Shown piece by piece: positions 23,343 through 36,100 of a stretch of DNA of 64,000 bases. The stretch lies in assembly GCF_030028105.1 (NCBI RefSeq), contig NC_092377.1, forward strand, positions 128,807,356 to 128,871,355. The letters run 5' to 3'. A program made the position numbers and the translations under genes. Within the stretch, counting starts at the first letter, position 1. Each line of letters begins with the position of its first letter. The DNA is from Mobula birostris (Eukaryota). The notes beneath the pieces are model-generated. The model was not told the DNA's origin and made no database searches. It worked only from the letters and a program-made list of their open reading frames with translations.

Positions 23343-26300
23343 CTGTGGTACAGAGAAACAACCAGTGAGGCCTGGGTCAAACCAGCACCCCACTCCACCC
23401 TATTACGTTCCACATCAACCCCCTCACTCACATGACAAAGCACACATTTTCCTCTGACAAGGGGAACAAGGAGTATGACATCACAGGATCCCACACAAAC
23501 AACTTGGATCAAAGTACATAGCTGCCTGAAGGAGGTTATGCAAGTATATAGGTGGCAAAGATGACGTGTGGCATGCTTGCCTTCATTGGTCGGGGTGTTG
23601 AGTACAGAGGCAGGAAGTCACATTGCAGGCACATAAATCAGAATCAGAATCAGGTTTATTATCACCGGCATGTGACGTGAAATTTGTTAACTTAGCAGCA
23701 GCAGTTCAATGCAATACATAATCTAGCAGAGAAAAAATAATAATAAATAAACAAGTAAATCAATTATGTATATTGAATAGATTTAAAAAAAACAAATACT
23801 GTATATTAAAAAAAAGTGAGGTAGTGTCCAAAGATTCAATGTCTATTTAGGAATCGGATGGCAGAGGGGAAGAAGCTGTTTCTGAATCACTGAGTGTGTG
23901 CCTTCAGGCTTCTGTATCTCCTACCTGATGGTAGCAGTGAGAAAAGGGCATGCCCTGGGTGCTGGAAGTCCTTAATAATGGACGCTGCCTTTCTGAGACA
24001 CCGCTCCCTAAAGACGTCCTGGGTACTTTCGAGGCTGGTACCCAAGATGGAGCTGACTAGATTTACAACCCTCTGCAGCTTCTTTCGGTCCTCTGCAGTA
24101 GCCCCTCCATACCAGACAGTGATGCAGCCTATCAGAATGCTCTCCATGGTACAACTATAGAAGCTTTTGAGCGTCACACACAAAAAATGCTCGTGAACGC
24201 AGCAGGCTTTTGAGTGTATTTGTTGACATGCTAAATCTCTTCAAACTCCTAATAAAGTATAGCTGCTGTCTTGCCTTCTTTATAACATCCATATGTTGGG
24301 GCAGGTTAGATTCTCAGAGATCTTGACACCCAGGAACTTGAAGCTGCTCACTCTCTCCACTTCTGATCAGGCCACATTTGGAATGAACGGTCCTGGTCTC
24401 CCATTACAAGAAAGGTATGGCGGCTTTGGAGAGGATGCAAAATAGCTTCACAAGAAAGCTGCCCAGATTAGAGGGTACGAGTTGGAAGGGGAGGTTGGAG
24501 ACACTGGTTGTTTTCTGTGGAATGTCGGAAGCTGAGGGGAAACCGGATAGAGGTTTATAAACCTCTAGAACCTTTAACGCCAGAACCTTTAACCTAGGGC
24601 ATGCATTTAAATTAAGGGGAAAGTTTAATGGAGATACGCAGGTCATTTTACTTCATTTAAACAGAGCAAAGTGGACGGTTGGAACGTGCTATCAGGGTGG
24701 TGGTGGGGGCAGATACAATGGAGGAGGTGTTCAAAAAGCTGTTAGATACATGAATATGCAGAAATAGATAGATATAGATCATGTGCAGGAAGAAGGGATT
24801 TAGAAAAATTCGATATTGTTTAGCACAGACAAAGGACGTGCTCCTGTGTTCGTAAAATGGTGAGATACCGAATAAAAACCTCAATGCGATACAGGACATA
24901 CCAACAGTTGTTCATTGGTGATGCTTCCTGCTCCCGGTCCAGCCCAGCAGAAGGCCCTCCCCCACCCCCATTAAACCCAACGGGACCCCATTTCCCACTC
25001 CCTTTAAACTGACTGGGACCTCGTTTCCCACTCTAAACCCACTGAGGCCCCAGTTCCTAACCCTAAATCACTCAACCTAAAGTCCCATTTTTCAGGTTCT
25101 TTTCAAACAGAAAAGGATCCCAATCTTCTGTTTTTATTAAAATAGCCAGGTTCGCTAGGAAGTTTGGGCAACATTTAAGGCAAATAAAAGTTGTTTTGGG
25201 ATGTAAAAACAAATAAAATCTCCAATAGCCCAGAAAGTGCATCAGTCTACAAGCTAAGCCCTGAATGTGTCAGATAATCGCACTCACGGTACCTGAGCTG
25301 CCGCCGTACCCAGTCTCGCTGCTGCCGTAGCACCTTAAGCAATACGTCCTCCTCAAACTCCACACCATCTGATTCTGTTGGGAGGGAAGAGGGGATTGTG
25401 GCGGTGACAGAAAAATGTTCTTAGAGAAAAAAGCGACATTAGAAGATGGTGCCTGGACTCAGAAGTGGTCAACATTACAGTGTGGTTCAGCAGTGATTGT
25501 GCACAGAACAGTGTGGAGGGGGCTTCACTCTGTGTCCGACCCCCGGGACTGTGTGATGGGACCCCGCGCCCGACCCCCAAGATGGCGTGATGGGACCCCG
25601 CGTCTGACCCCCCGAGACGGCGTCTTGGGAGCCTGCGCCCGACCCCTGGGACTGTGTGATGGGACGCCGCGCCCGACCCTTGGGACCACGTGAAGGGAAC
25701 CAGCGCCCAACCCCCGGGACCGCGTGGTGGAGACCAGCGCCCGATCCCCAGGACCGCGTGATGGGACCCCACACCCGACCCCCAGGACCGCGTGATGGGA
25801 CCCCACACCCGACCCCCAGGACCGCGTGATGGGACCCCACACCCGACCCCCAGGACCGCGTGATGGGACCCCACACCCGACCCCCAGGACCGCGTGATGG
25901 GACCCCACACCCGACCCCCAGGACCGCGTGATAGGAACCAGAGCCCGCGTGATGGTACTCTGAGTTGGTACCTCCAGTACCTTCAGCCTCCTCCAGGAGC
26001 TGAGCCAGCACCTCTGGGGACTGACTGGGGCCCACTTCTGATGAGGGCTGCAAGTGCGAATGTGCACTGGGTGACGGCATCGATTGATTCCTTCTCATGG
26101 CTCTTGTCACTCTCCTTGGATTACCGTGAGCTTTCCGTGACAAATGAGGAGGAGGGGGTGAGAAGATCGCCTCAGAGATCACCTTAGATGCAATGAGAGA
26201 GTAAAGAAGACTTTGACCCCAATTGTTTCCCAGAGTTGTGGCTCGGGACATTTCCACTCTAAAATGATAAAGACAGAGCCCAGAAAACTGCCTTTCGGCC

Positions 26301-27086
26301 ACTGAGTCTGTGCTGACCACCAACCACCCACTCACCTCCTGTTTCATTGGCCTACATTCTCACCAACCACCCTTGGACTCAATCCCTCAGCCACACAGCA
26401 GGGGGTGATTCACAGTAGCTGGGTAACCTACCCACAAAACACATACCTGTCTGCGAGTGTGGAAGGGAGCTAGAGAACCTGGGCAATTCACAGGGACACT
26501 GGGAAAATGTGCAACTGCACATACACACACACACACACACGGATGGATGTATTCCCACGAGGGAATGGACATATTCCCCGCACATGGGCGCATGTGCACA
26601 CCTGCATACAGGTCCTCAGAGGGAGGGATGGGTCCCATGCTCATACATACACTGCTGTGCATGCACACACATCCCAACCACCCACACCTACACACATGCA
26701 CACACATCTACAGGGGGATGCTTATCACACACAGACACTGGCCTTCAGTGAGGATGGACCTCTCTCTCACACACACACGTTCACTGGTGGATGGGTCTCT
26801 CTCTCATACACACCTCATTGGGGGAGGGATGGGTCTTACATGCATACACATGCTCACTGGGGGATGAGTCAGACACACATCCCCCAGTGAGTTACACAGC
26901 AAGGATTGTGTGTGTGTGCGTATCTTTACACACACACGGGGATGGGTCTTATGCACACATACACACACAGGTCCTCAGTGGGAGGGATGGGTCCCATACA
27001 CTGCTCTGCACGCACACACAAGCACATATACACAAGCCAACACACCCACACACACATCTATGCACGCACCTTCACTAGAGGATGAG

Positions 27087-27130
<44 letters not shown>

Positions 27131-30100
27131 GTGGGATGAGTCTCTCACACACACACACACACACACTCACTGCCCATAAATGAGAATGGATCTCACACAC
27201 TCTCACTGGGGAATAGGACCCTCACACACAAGCGTACACATTCACTGCTGGGGGGCAGGTCACATACACACACTGGCCCACAATGAGGAGGGATCACACA
27301 CACACTCACACACACACACTCAGATGATAGGTCCCACACACACACAGGAGTATGTGAGTACATGTTCCCCACACATGTGCACACAAACAAGAGTCTTCAG
27401 TGTGAGGGACACAGTCTTATACGCACACACACATATATACACACACAGACACACAAAATCCTTGCTGTGTAACTCGATGACCACAATTCAATACAGAGCC
27501 CTGAGGGCTGCACAAGGTGTCCATGCATATCCATTGCTCTTCCACTGTTAGCAATCACCCTCCTGCTTTGTCCTCTGGACCACTCCACTGACAGAAGTCA
27601 TCCCTCTCCATCCAAGTCTTTTGCGATTGCGAGCACGTTCTCCCAGGTTCCCCCATGACCCCCTCTGCTCTTTGGAGAGCGATCACTGCTTCTCCAGCTT
27701 CACTCCCAAACTTACCACCAGCGTGAATGTCTCATGCCCAAGGATACTGAGGACCAGAGAATGCAGTCACACAGCACTTTAAAGAGATGTTTCAGCCCAC
27801 TGAGGCTGTGCCTAACTTCACACAGGCATTATCACCATTCCATTTTATTCTCCCCACACCCCCTCGCTGTACAGGTCTGTGTATCCCTGAAGCCAGCAGC
27901 ACAAGTGGTTAAAAAAATGGGATATCTGCCTTCATTAGCTGGGGCACAGAATACAACTTTATACATCATCCGTCAAGCCACTGTGTACAGTTCTGGTCAC
28001 CAGAGTGTAGGAAGGAGGTGACTACACTGAAGAGGGGGCAAAGGTGATTCCCCAGGAAGCTGCCTGACACTGAATGTTCCAGTGACAAGAAAGACCTGGA
28101 GTGGGTGGGGTTGGGGGTGGGGGTGCTGAGGGAGGAACCAGATAGAGATGGACAGAATTACGAAGGGAATAGATAGGGAAATTAGGAGACCTTTCCCCAC
28201 AGCTGAAGGGAGTAGGTTTAGGGTGATGGGTAGCTTTAGAAGGGGTTTTGGGATCTGGAAGGCACTGCTTGAGGGGGTGATGGGGGCAGAGACTCCCACC
28301 ACACTGAGAAAGTATGCACTCGAATGGCCGAGATGCAGAGAAGGGTACAGACCGAGTGCTGGGGAATGGAATAGGTGCAGATGGATTGGGACGTACACAT
28401 ATTTCAGCCATCACATCCTTCCAAGTGTACGGTGTCCAGAACTGAATGCAGTACTCCAGCTGTGACTTAAGCCATGATTTATACTGTTACATAATGTTAC
28501 CCACTACTTTACAAAATGTTCATGAGACCACTTGGAGTATTGTGCACACTTAATGGTTGCTCAGCTAAGGGAGGGATGTCATTATGCTGGAAACAGCGCA
28601 GGAAATATTCACGAGGATGTTACCGGGACTGGAGGGTTTGAATTATAAGGAGAGGCTAAACAGGCTGGGACCATTTTCCCTGGGGTACAGGAGGCTGAGG
28701 AGTGACCTTATAGAGGTTTATAAAACCATGTGGGGCAGAGATATAGTGAATGGTCAGTATTTTCTCCCCCAGGACAGGGATTCTAAAACTAGGCGACAGA
28801 GATCTAATCCAAGAGGGGAAAAATTTAAAGGTGACCTGAGGGTGGTGGGTATATGGTATGAGCTGCCATGGAGATGGTAGATGTGGGTACAATTACAATG
28901 TTTAAAAGCCACTTGGCCAGGTACATGGTTAGGATAGGTTTAGAGGAGCAGTTCCCAACTTTTTTTATGCCATTGACTCTCTACAATTAACCGAGGGGTC
29001 TGTGGAGCCCAGGTTGGGAACCCCTGGTTTAGAGGGAAATAGATGAAATGTGGGCAAAATGAGACTGACTGAGGTGGGCACCATGGTTGGCACAGATGGG
29101 TGGTCTGTTTCTGTACTGTGTAGCTTGATGACCACAATTCAATACAGACTGAGGACTGCCCAAGGTGTCTGGATGGGAGGGTGTGGGGATCGGTATTCCC
29201 AGTCAGAGTACCTGTCCCAACACATGACGAACATCAGACGGTGCCAATCTGGATCCTGCTCCGTGCTCCACCCTGGATTGCTGCACGCCAGCTGGAAAGC
29301 TGCAGGCCTCATCACTGGACGATTCCTGGCCTGGATCCGGCTCGGGATGTAGATCTGGGATCCTGGCAGCTGCGAGTCCAGGCCCCGGGATCCCTGTATG
29401 TGCCGATCGGGGCTCCAGGATTTCAGTGCCAGGAGGTCCAGGCTCACTGGACGTTTCCTGGCATGGATCCAGCCTGGGATGTAAATCTGGAATCCTGGTG
29501 GTGGTCAGTCCAGGCTCCGGCATCCTGGCAGTTGCTGATCTGGGCTCTGGAATTTTGGTACCAGGTCTGGGCTCTGGGATCCTGGCAGCAGTCAGTCCAA
29601 ACTCTGGGATTTCAGGACCGGCAGGTCCAGGATCTGGGTGTCTGGCTGCAGCCAGCCCAGGCTCCAAAGTACTCGTGGTCCGACACCACGCACTCTCCAG
29701 CCACTCCCTCTCCTTCTCACTCCTTTGGGACGCCAGCTGGCTGGAACACTGTGAGCACTGGGGGAGGGAAGGATTGGGCTGGGGTTGGCTTGGCGTCAGA
29801 TGTGGGAATTCATGGGCAGAGAAACCGTCTCCAGCTGAAGGTCCTACTCGCGATAGTCTGCACTCGCCAAATTCTTCCACCTGCAGATCAAATAGATGCA
29901 GTCAAACCCTGTATCGTTCTCCACACCGACCCCCCAACCAGCATGCTTTATGGAAATCCCCACCTTGCAAAGGGAAGTCCTGGGAAAAATAGGGTACAAG
30001 AGCCAGAGGGTTTACAGAAACCAGGAGGGATGTAGTCACCGTTAGGAGTTAGAGATGGAGAGTCATGTAGGGGCTATAGGGGTTTAGAGGGGGAGGGATG

Positions 30101-33100
30101 CAAGAGACAAATATAGAGAGAATGCACGATGTCTTTTTCCCAGGGAAAGGGAACTAAAACTAGAAGGCATGGGTTCAAGGTGAAAGGAGTAAGTTTTAAA
30201 GAGCACATGAGGGGCAACCTTTTCACAGTGAGAGAGATGGTGATGCAAGAGGAAATGGTAAAGCTGGCTACAGTAACAACATTTAAAAGATATTGTACTG
30301 TACATAGATAGGAAAAGTTTAGAGCAGAGGTTCCCAACCTGAAGTCCATGGCATAAAAGAGATTGGGAATCTTGGTCAGCATGGACCAGCTGAGCCTATT
30401 TCTGGGCTGTAAGACTCTATGACAATGGGTCGATTTACAGCAACCAATTAACCCACCAAAACCTGCACATCGTTTTTGGAATGCGGAATGAATCAACCCC
30501 TTGTCATAGAAAAACCTACAGGCAGAACACATAAACTCCTTGCACAGCAGCATTAAAGATGAACTCACATCCTCAATCTACCTCATCGTGGCCTTTGCAC
30601 TTTACTGTCTGTCTGCACTGCACATTCTCTGTAACCCTTACACTTTATTCTGCATTCCATTGTTTTCCCTTGTAATAACTCAATGAACTGATGTGGTGAA
30701 AAAGGCAGCAACTCAACCTGATGCGCCACTCAACTCCCCCTCAAATGCACCACTGTATCATAGTAGTTAGCACAATCTGATGACAGCTCAGGGCGGAGTT
30801 CAGAGTTCAATTCCAGTGTCCTCTGTAGGAAAGTTTGTACGTTCTTCCTGTGTGTGGGTTTCCTCCCACAGTCCAAAGATGTACCGGTTTGTAGGTTAAT
30901 TAATCATTATAAATTGTCCTCTAATTAAGCTAGGGTTAAATAGATGGGTTGCAGGCAAAGTCTTGAAAGGTTGGAAGTTCCTGTTCCATACTGTATCTCC
31001 CTCAGAACAGAGTAAAGTTTTTTGCCCACTAACTGGCGTGTGGCCTTTGGGTTTCTTCCTTCCTTTCTAAACACGGATTGTTGTTCCGCTAGCACCGCCC
31101 ACTCATATGAGTGGGCATGGTGAAGTTCTTTGCTCTCACCTGCCTGGGCAGACGGACCGGTGGAGAGTGGGCCATCCTAGCGGGCAGTGATGGCCAAGGG
31201 CTGTCCCGGGCCACCTCCATCTTTCTCCGCAGACGCCACTGGTATAGAATGTCATCCTCAGGACGCAGAGAAAGGGAACGGACTGGGGCCAGGCAGAGAG
31301 GCTCAGATGCTGGAGGAAGCTGTGCTGTTTGTCCTTCACCTGAGTAATACAGAAGGAGGTGGTTAAATTGACGAGGATGTTGTCGGGACTCGGTGACCGA
31401 CTTATGGTGAGAAGTTGAGAGTACTTACTGAAGCACAAGTGAATGAGGGTGATCTTATAGAGGTGTATAAAATCATGAGGGGCATTAACAGGGAGAAGGC
31501 ACACAGACTGCACAGTTGCAATCATCTACCTACAAGAAAAATATCAACAATACTGAAGAAGTGCAGAGAAAATTTTCAAAGACATTGCCAGAACGTGGGG
31601 ACCCGAGTTATAGGGAAAGGTTGAATACGTTATAACTTTTTTCCCTGAAGTGTAGGAGAACGAGGGGAGATTTGATAGAGCTATGAAGGGTACAGACAGG
31701 GTAAATATTTGCAGGCTTATTCCACTGACATTGGGTGAGACTAGAACTAGAGACCCCAGGTTTATTAGTGCAGTGTGTTTTGATTAATTGGGACACATTT
31801 GGACCAGTACATTGCCCAATTAAATGGCTGCCCCAAGAAGCCGAAGTTTAATGGAAATAGTTAAAAAGGTATGTAAAAAAAAGACAAACTCAGTTACAAG
31901 TTATGTATTAAATGAAATACAGAACAGATTAGAACACTGCCAATAATACTACAGTACTTTGAAACTGTATTAGTTCTTAACAGTTGCTGACAGAGGAATT
32001 CATCCATTGTACACAACGAACAAAATCAGCACTGACGCCTTGTACGGATAATGGACTGCCTTCATGCAATGCTATCATCAATTGCATCCTCCAAATCGTC
32101 ACCTTCATTGTAACATTCAAGGTGATTGTCAATATTTTCAAGTTCTTTGAAGTTCCTAATTTGCTGAAGAAGTGAAATCATTTCATTTCCACTCCCAGCA
32201 GCTTATGGTATCTCCAAGCCTGAATGCATGAAACAGTATCGAGCAGAACCATTTGAAATTGTCTTACTAATTTCTCACCAGCTATTAGCGACAAAAATCA
32301 CCGCTTCTTAAACACAAACACATGCAATTGACGCTATTTAAATGCAGCTCACTCTAAGCACAGTGTAATGTCTAATGGCCACACATGTGCACACAACTGA
32401 CGTTAGTTAGAAATTGTTGAGCAACAGTCTCCTGCTCTAATTAAGCAGCATAGTGTCCCAAATAAACAAAGGGAATCCCAACTATTTTCTCGATTAGTTT
32501 TGGTTCTTTAAAAGTTGTCCCAACTAAGTGGCTATCCTCATTAACCAATGGCCCAATTAAACGGAATCCACTGTATTGAAATAGGCTTATTATGATTTAG
32601 GGTAAAAGATAAAGATTAAATATTTTGGGGTATCTGGAGGGGATCTTCTTACTCAGAGGGTGGTGCAAGTGTGGAATGAGCTGCCAGTGGAGGTGGTGTT
32701 TGCAGGTTCAATTGTAACATACACACAGTGGCCACTTTAATAGGTACAGGAGTGGAACCCATCCACTTCAAGGCTCGACATGTCATGTGTTCAGAGATGC
32801 TCTTCAGCACACCACTGTTGTAATGTGTGGTCACCTCAGTTACTGTCACCTTTCTGTTGGCATGAACCAGTCTGGCTATTCTCCTCAAACCTCTCTCATT
32901 AACAAAATGTTTTCACCCACAGAACTGCCACTCACTGGACGTTTGTTTTTTGAACCATTCTCTGTAAACTCTAGGGACTGTTGTGCATGTAAATCCCAGC
33001 AGATCAGCAGTTCCTGAGATACTCAAACCACCCCATCTGGCTCCAACAATCAGTCCACAGTCAAAGTCACTCAGATTACATTTGTTCCCCATTCTTATAC

Positions 33101-36100
33101 TTGGTCTAAACAACAACTGAACCTCTTGACCATGTCAGGATGCTTTGATGCATTGAGTTGCTGCCACATGACTGGCTGATTAGATATTTGCATTAACAAG
33201 CAGGTGTACTGGTGTACTTACTAAACTGGCCACTGAGTGTATGAGAGAATTGGTTGGGAGGGGATCGAGGGATATTGTCTGGGTGCAGGTAGATGGGTCT
33301 AGGCAGAAGACCAGGTCAGCACAGACGAGACAGACTGAAGGGCCTATTTTGGTGCTGTAACGCTCCACAACTCTAGAACTGTCCTCAGGGAAAGGACATA
33401 GATTAAAGTGAGAGACGAAAGTCTTTTTCGGCAGTGGTGTGCTGCACCACATCACCATCCCAGGGATCTTACCAACTGTCAACTCTCTGAGCGGAACACA
33501 AAGGGGCCGGCGTGAAGTCTCCTCGAGGCTGGGGGCATCTGACTCCGGTGGAGACCCAACTCCTTCTGAGCTGACAGGGACCGGGTCGCTGAGCGTTGAC
33601 TCGCTGTTGGGAGGTAGGGGAGAAAGTGAGAGCAGGTGGAATGCAGCAGTACCCTGCGCTGGTACAAACCGGGAGAGATGGCAAAGGCAGGGCGCTTCCT
33701 CTTCTGCCATCTGTTCCCTCTCACTTAGCACTCTTCTTACAGCCCCTCCAACAGCACAGCGCTCCCTCCTCATCGTCCCTCCTGTTCTCTCCTAGCACAA
33801 ATGGAGATCTTTGCCCTTCTGGAAAGGACCACCCCCCTCTCCATCACCACCAGTCTGTTAAATCTGTTCTCACTTTGAACAACTTCTCCTTTAATATTGC
33901 CCACTTCCTCCCAATGAACTTTCTCACCATGGAAACTCGTCTAGGTATAAGGCAGACCTGCTTCCTCCCTGCTTTCAGTGTTACACAGCTCTAGCTTCTT
34001 CCCCTGTCCCCACCTGCATCAAGCACCACTTCCTGCTGGAATTTCATTGTCATAGCTTCTAACAGTGCCACGGTTGTTTCATGCTGGTACAGCAATTCAA
34101 ATGTGCAGGAATGTAAGAAGCTGGAGAGAGTAGGGGACTCAGCCCAATACATCACAGGCACATCCCTCACCATCACTGGTAGTACAAATCTACAGGAAGC
34201 ACTGTCTTAAAAAAAAAGGAACACTCAAAGATCCCAACTATCCAGACCGTACATTTTCTCACAATTACCATCAGGCAGGAAGTACAGAAACCTGAAGGCC
34301 AAAACCACCAGGTTCAGAAACAGCTACTTCCCTTCAACCATTCAGCATCCTAATCACTACCTCAGTCTACTAACACCATGACCTCGTTACACTAGACATT
34401 TTGCTCCTTCTTAAAAAATTTGACTATAATTTGTAAATGTATCTGATACTGCTCACTGCACATGGGCTTGTGATCTGACAATAAACTCAACTTTGACCTG
34501 ATCACCTTTCCTCTGACAGGAGCAGACAGAAGTTGCACAGGATCTTCTTTACTACAGACCTTCCTCATGATTCGGTATGGTAACCACACTTCCATAGTGC
34601 TGTGACGAACAGCATCAAAACCACACCAGGATGACAGAGGCAGGCAGGGGGGAGGGGAGGAAGGTGGGAGAAAGGGTGGGGGAAAACAGCAGATACAAGA
34701 GGGCAGGGAAAGAGTGAGGCATGGAAGTCAGGTGGGCAGTGGGGGAACAAGTGGACTAGTTCTGTGAGGGGTTGATGGTATGGACTAGGTAAACTGAAGT
34801 GCCTGTTTACTTGCATGTGACTATGACTCAGCTGACACTGCTGCATCATAGTGTCACCCAACGGCCCTAACACCACCCTCCCCACACATTGCCTACACTT
34901 TCCCCGCTTGGGTGCACACCCACACAACCTTTCCCAAGCACGCTCGTGCACACCGACACCACCCCCTCCGCCCCGCACACCAAACACACTTCCCACACAT
35001 TACCTGTGCTCGAGCAAGCGGCGGGCTCTCTCCTGGAGCTGCAGCGTATTCGGGTCAAGGGGTTCCTGCAGGGAAATGTCATGCGCCCTCTCCTGTGAAG
35101 GGAGACCAGAGTTGGTAGTGGTAAACCCACCATCCGGCATAGCCCTGCACAGTTCAATAATTCGTCAGACACAATGACCCTCTCAGGGGGAATGGGAGAC
35201 ACACGCACAGTGACCCTCACTGGGGGACAGATCACTCACACACTCACACCAACCTTCACTGGGGGGGACGGGTCACACACATATGCACTCTTTCTAACCC
35301 AGGGGTCACTGGGCAGTGATGGGGAGCAGCACCCGAGATCCAGAAATCAATGATTATCCTCACCGAAGCAGACAGTCCTTTCAGCGAAGGCAGGCTTAAG
35401 CTGGAAACACCAGGCAAGGCCGAGACCTCTTGCAGGCAGTGAGACTCCGGCAGATAGAAAGGGGAATGGTTGCTGCCTGGTCCCCCTCCTGGAAGAACTG
35501 GCCCTGTGGACAAAACCTTATCAGAAAAATTATGTTCAGTGTACAACCTTCCACGGTCTGCTACAACATATAGAGCAGATCCCCAGGAGTGGGTTACAGG
35601 CTAGGCTCTGATACAGGGGTTCAGGGGTTTATCTACAGATTAACAGATCCCTAGGACTGGGTTACAGGCTAGGCTCTGATACAGGGGTTCAGGGGTTTAT
35701 CTACAGATTAACAGATCCCTAGGACTGGGTTACAGGCTAGGCTCTGATACAGGGGTTCAGGGGTTTATCTACAGATTAACAGATCCCTAGGACTGGGTTA
35801 CAGGCTAGGCTCTGATACAGGGGTCCAGGGGTTTATTTGTAGAATAACAGATCCCCAGGAGTGGGGGCCATTCAAACGGCTGAGGTGAATCAGTTAAGAA
35901 TGGACCAAGTGGCAAAAGGCGCCCAGGAGTCAGACCTGATCACTTGGAGTCTCTGAATATCTCATAAGACGCAACCCGTCCCTCGTTTGTCGAGCTGATC
36001 TGAGAAGTAAGGGAGGAGGAGAATGCAATGGGGGCGCGGGAGTGCCCGGTAGTGGTCCCCTTGGCTGGGATGACCACTGATAACCGACCCCAGGGAATGG

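Noticed and set aside
25487-26347. 286-aa minus ORF as a single exon
   Set aside because: Only 25981-26182 is exon; the rest is read-through into the 34-bp minisatellite and intron.
29181-30035. 284-aa Trp-rich + strand ORF
   Set aside because: Antisense shadow of the repetitive PROSER3 exon 9.
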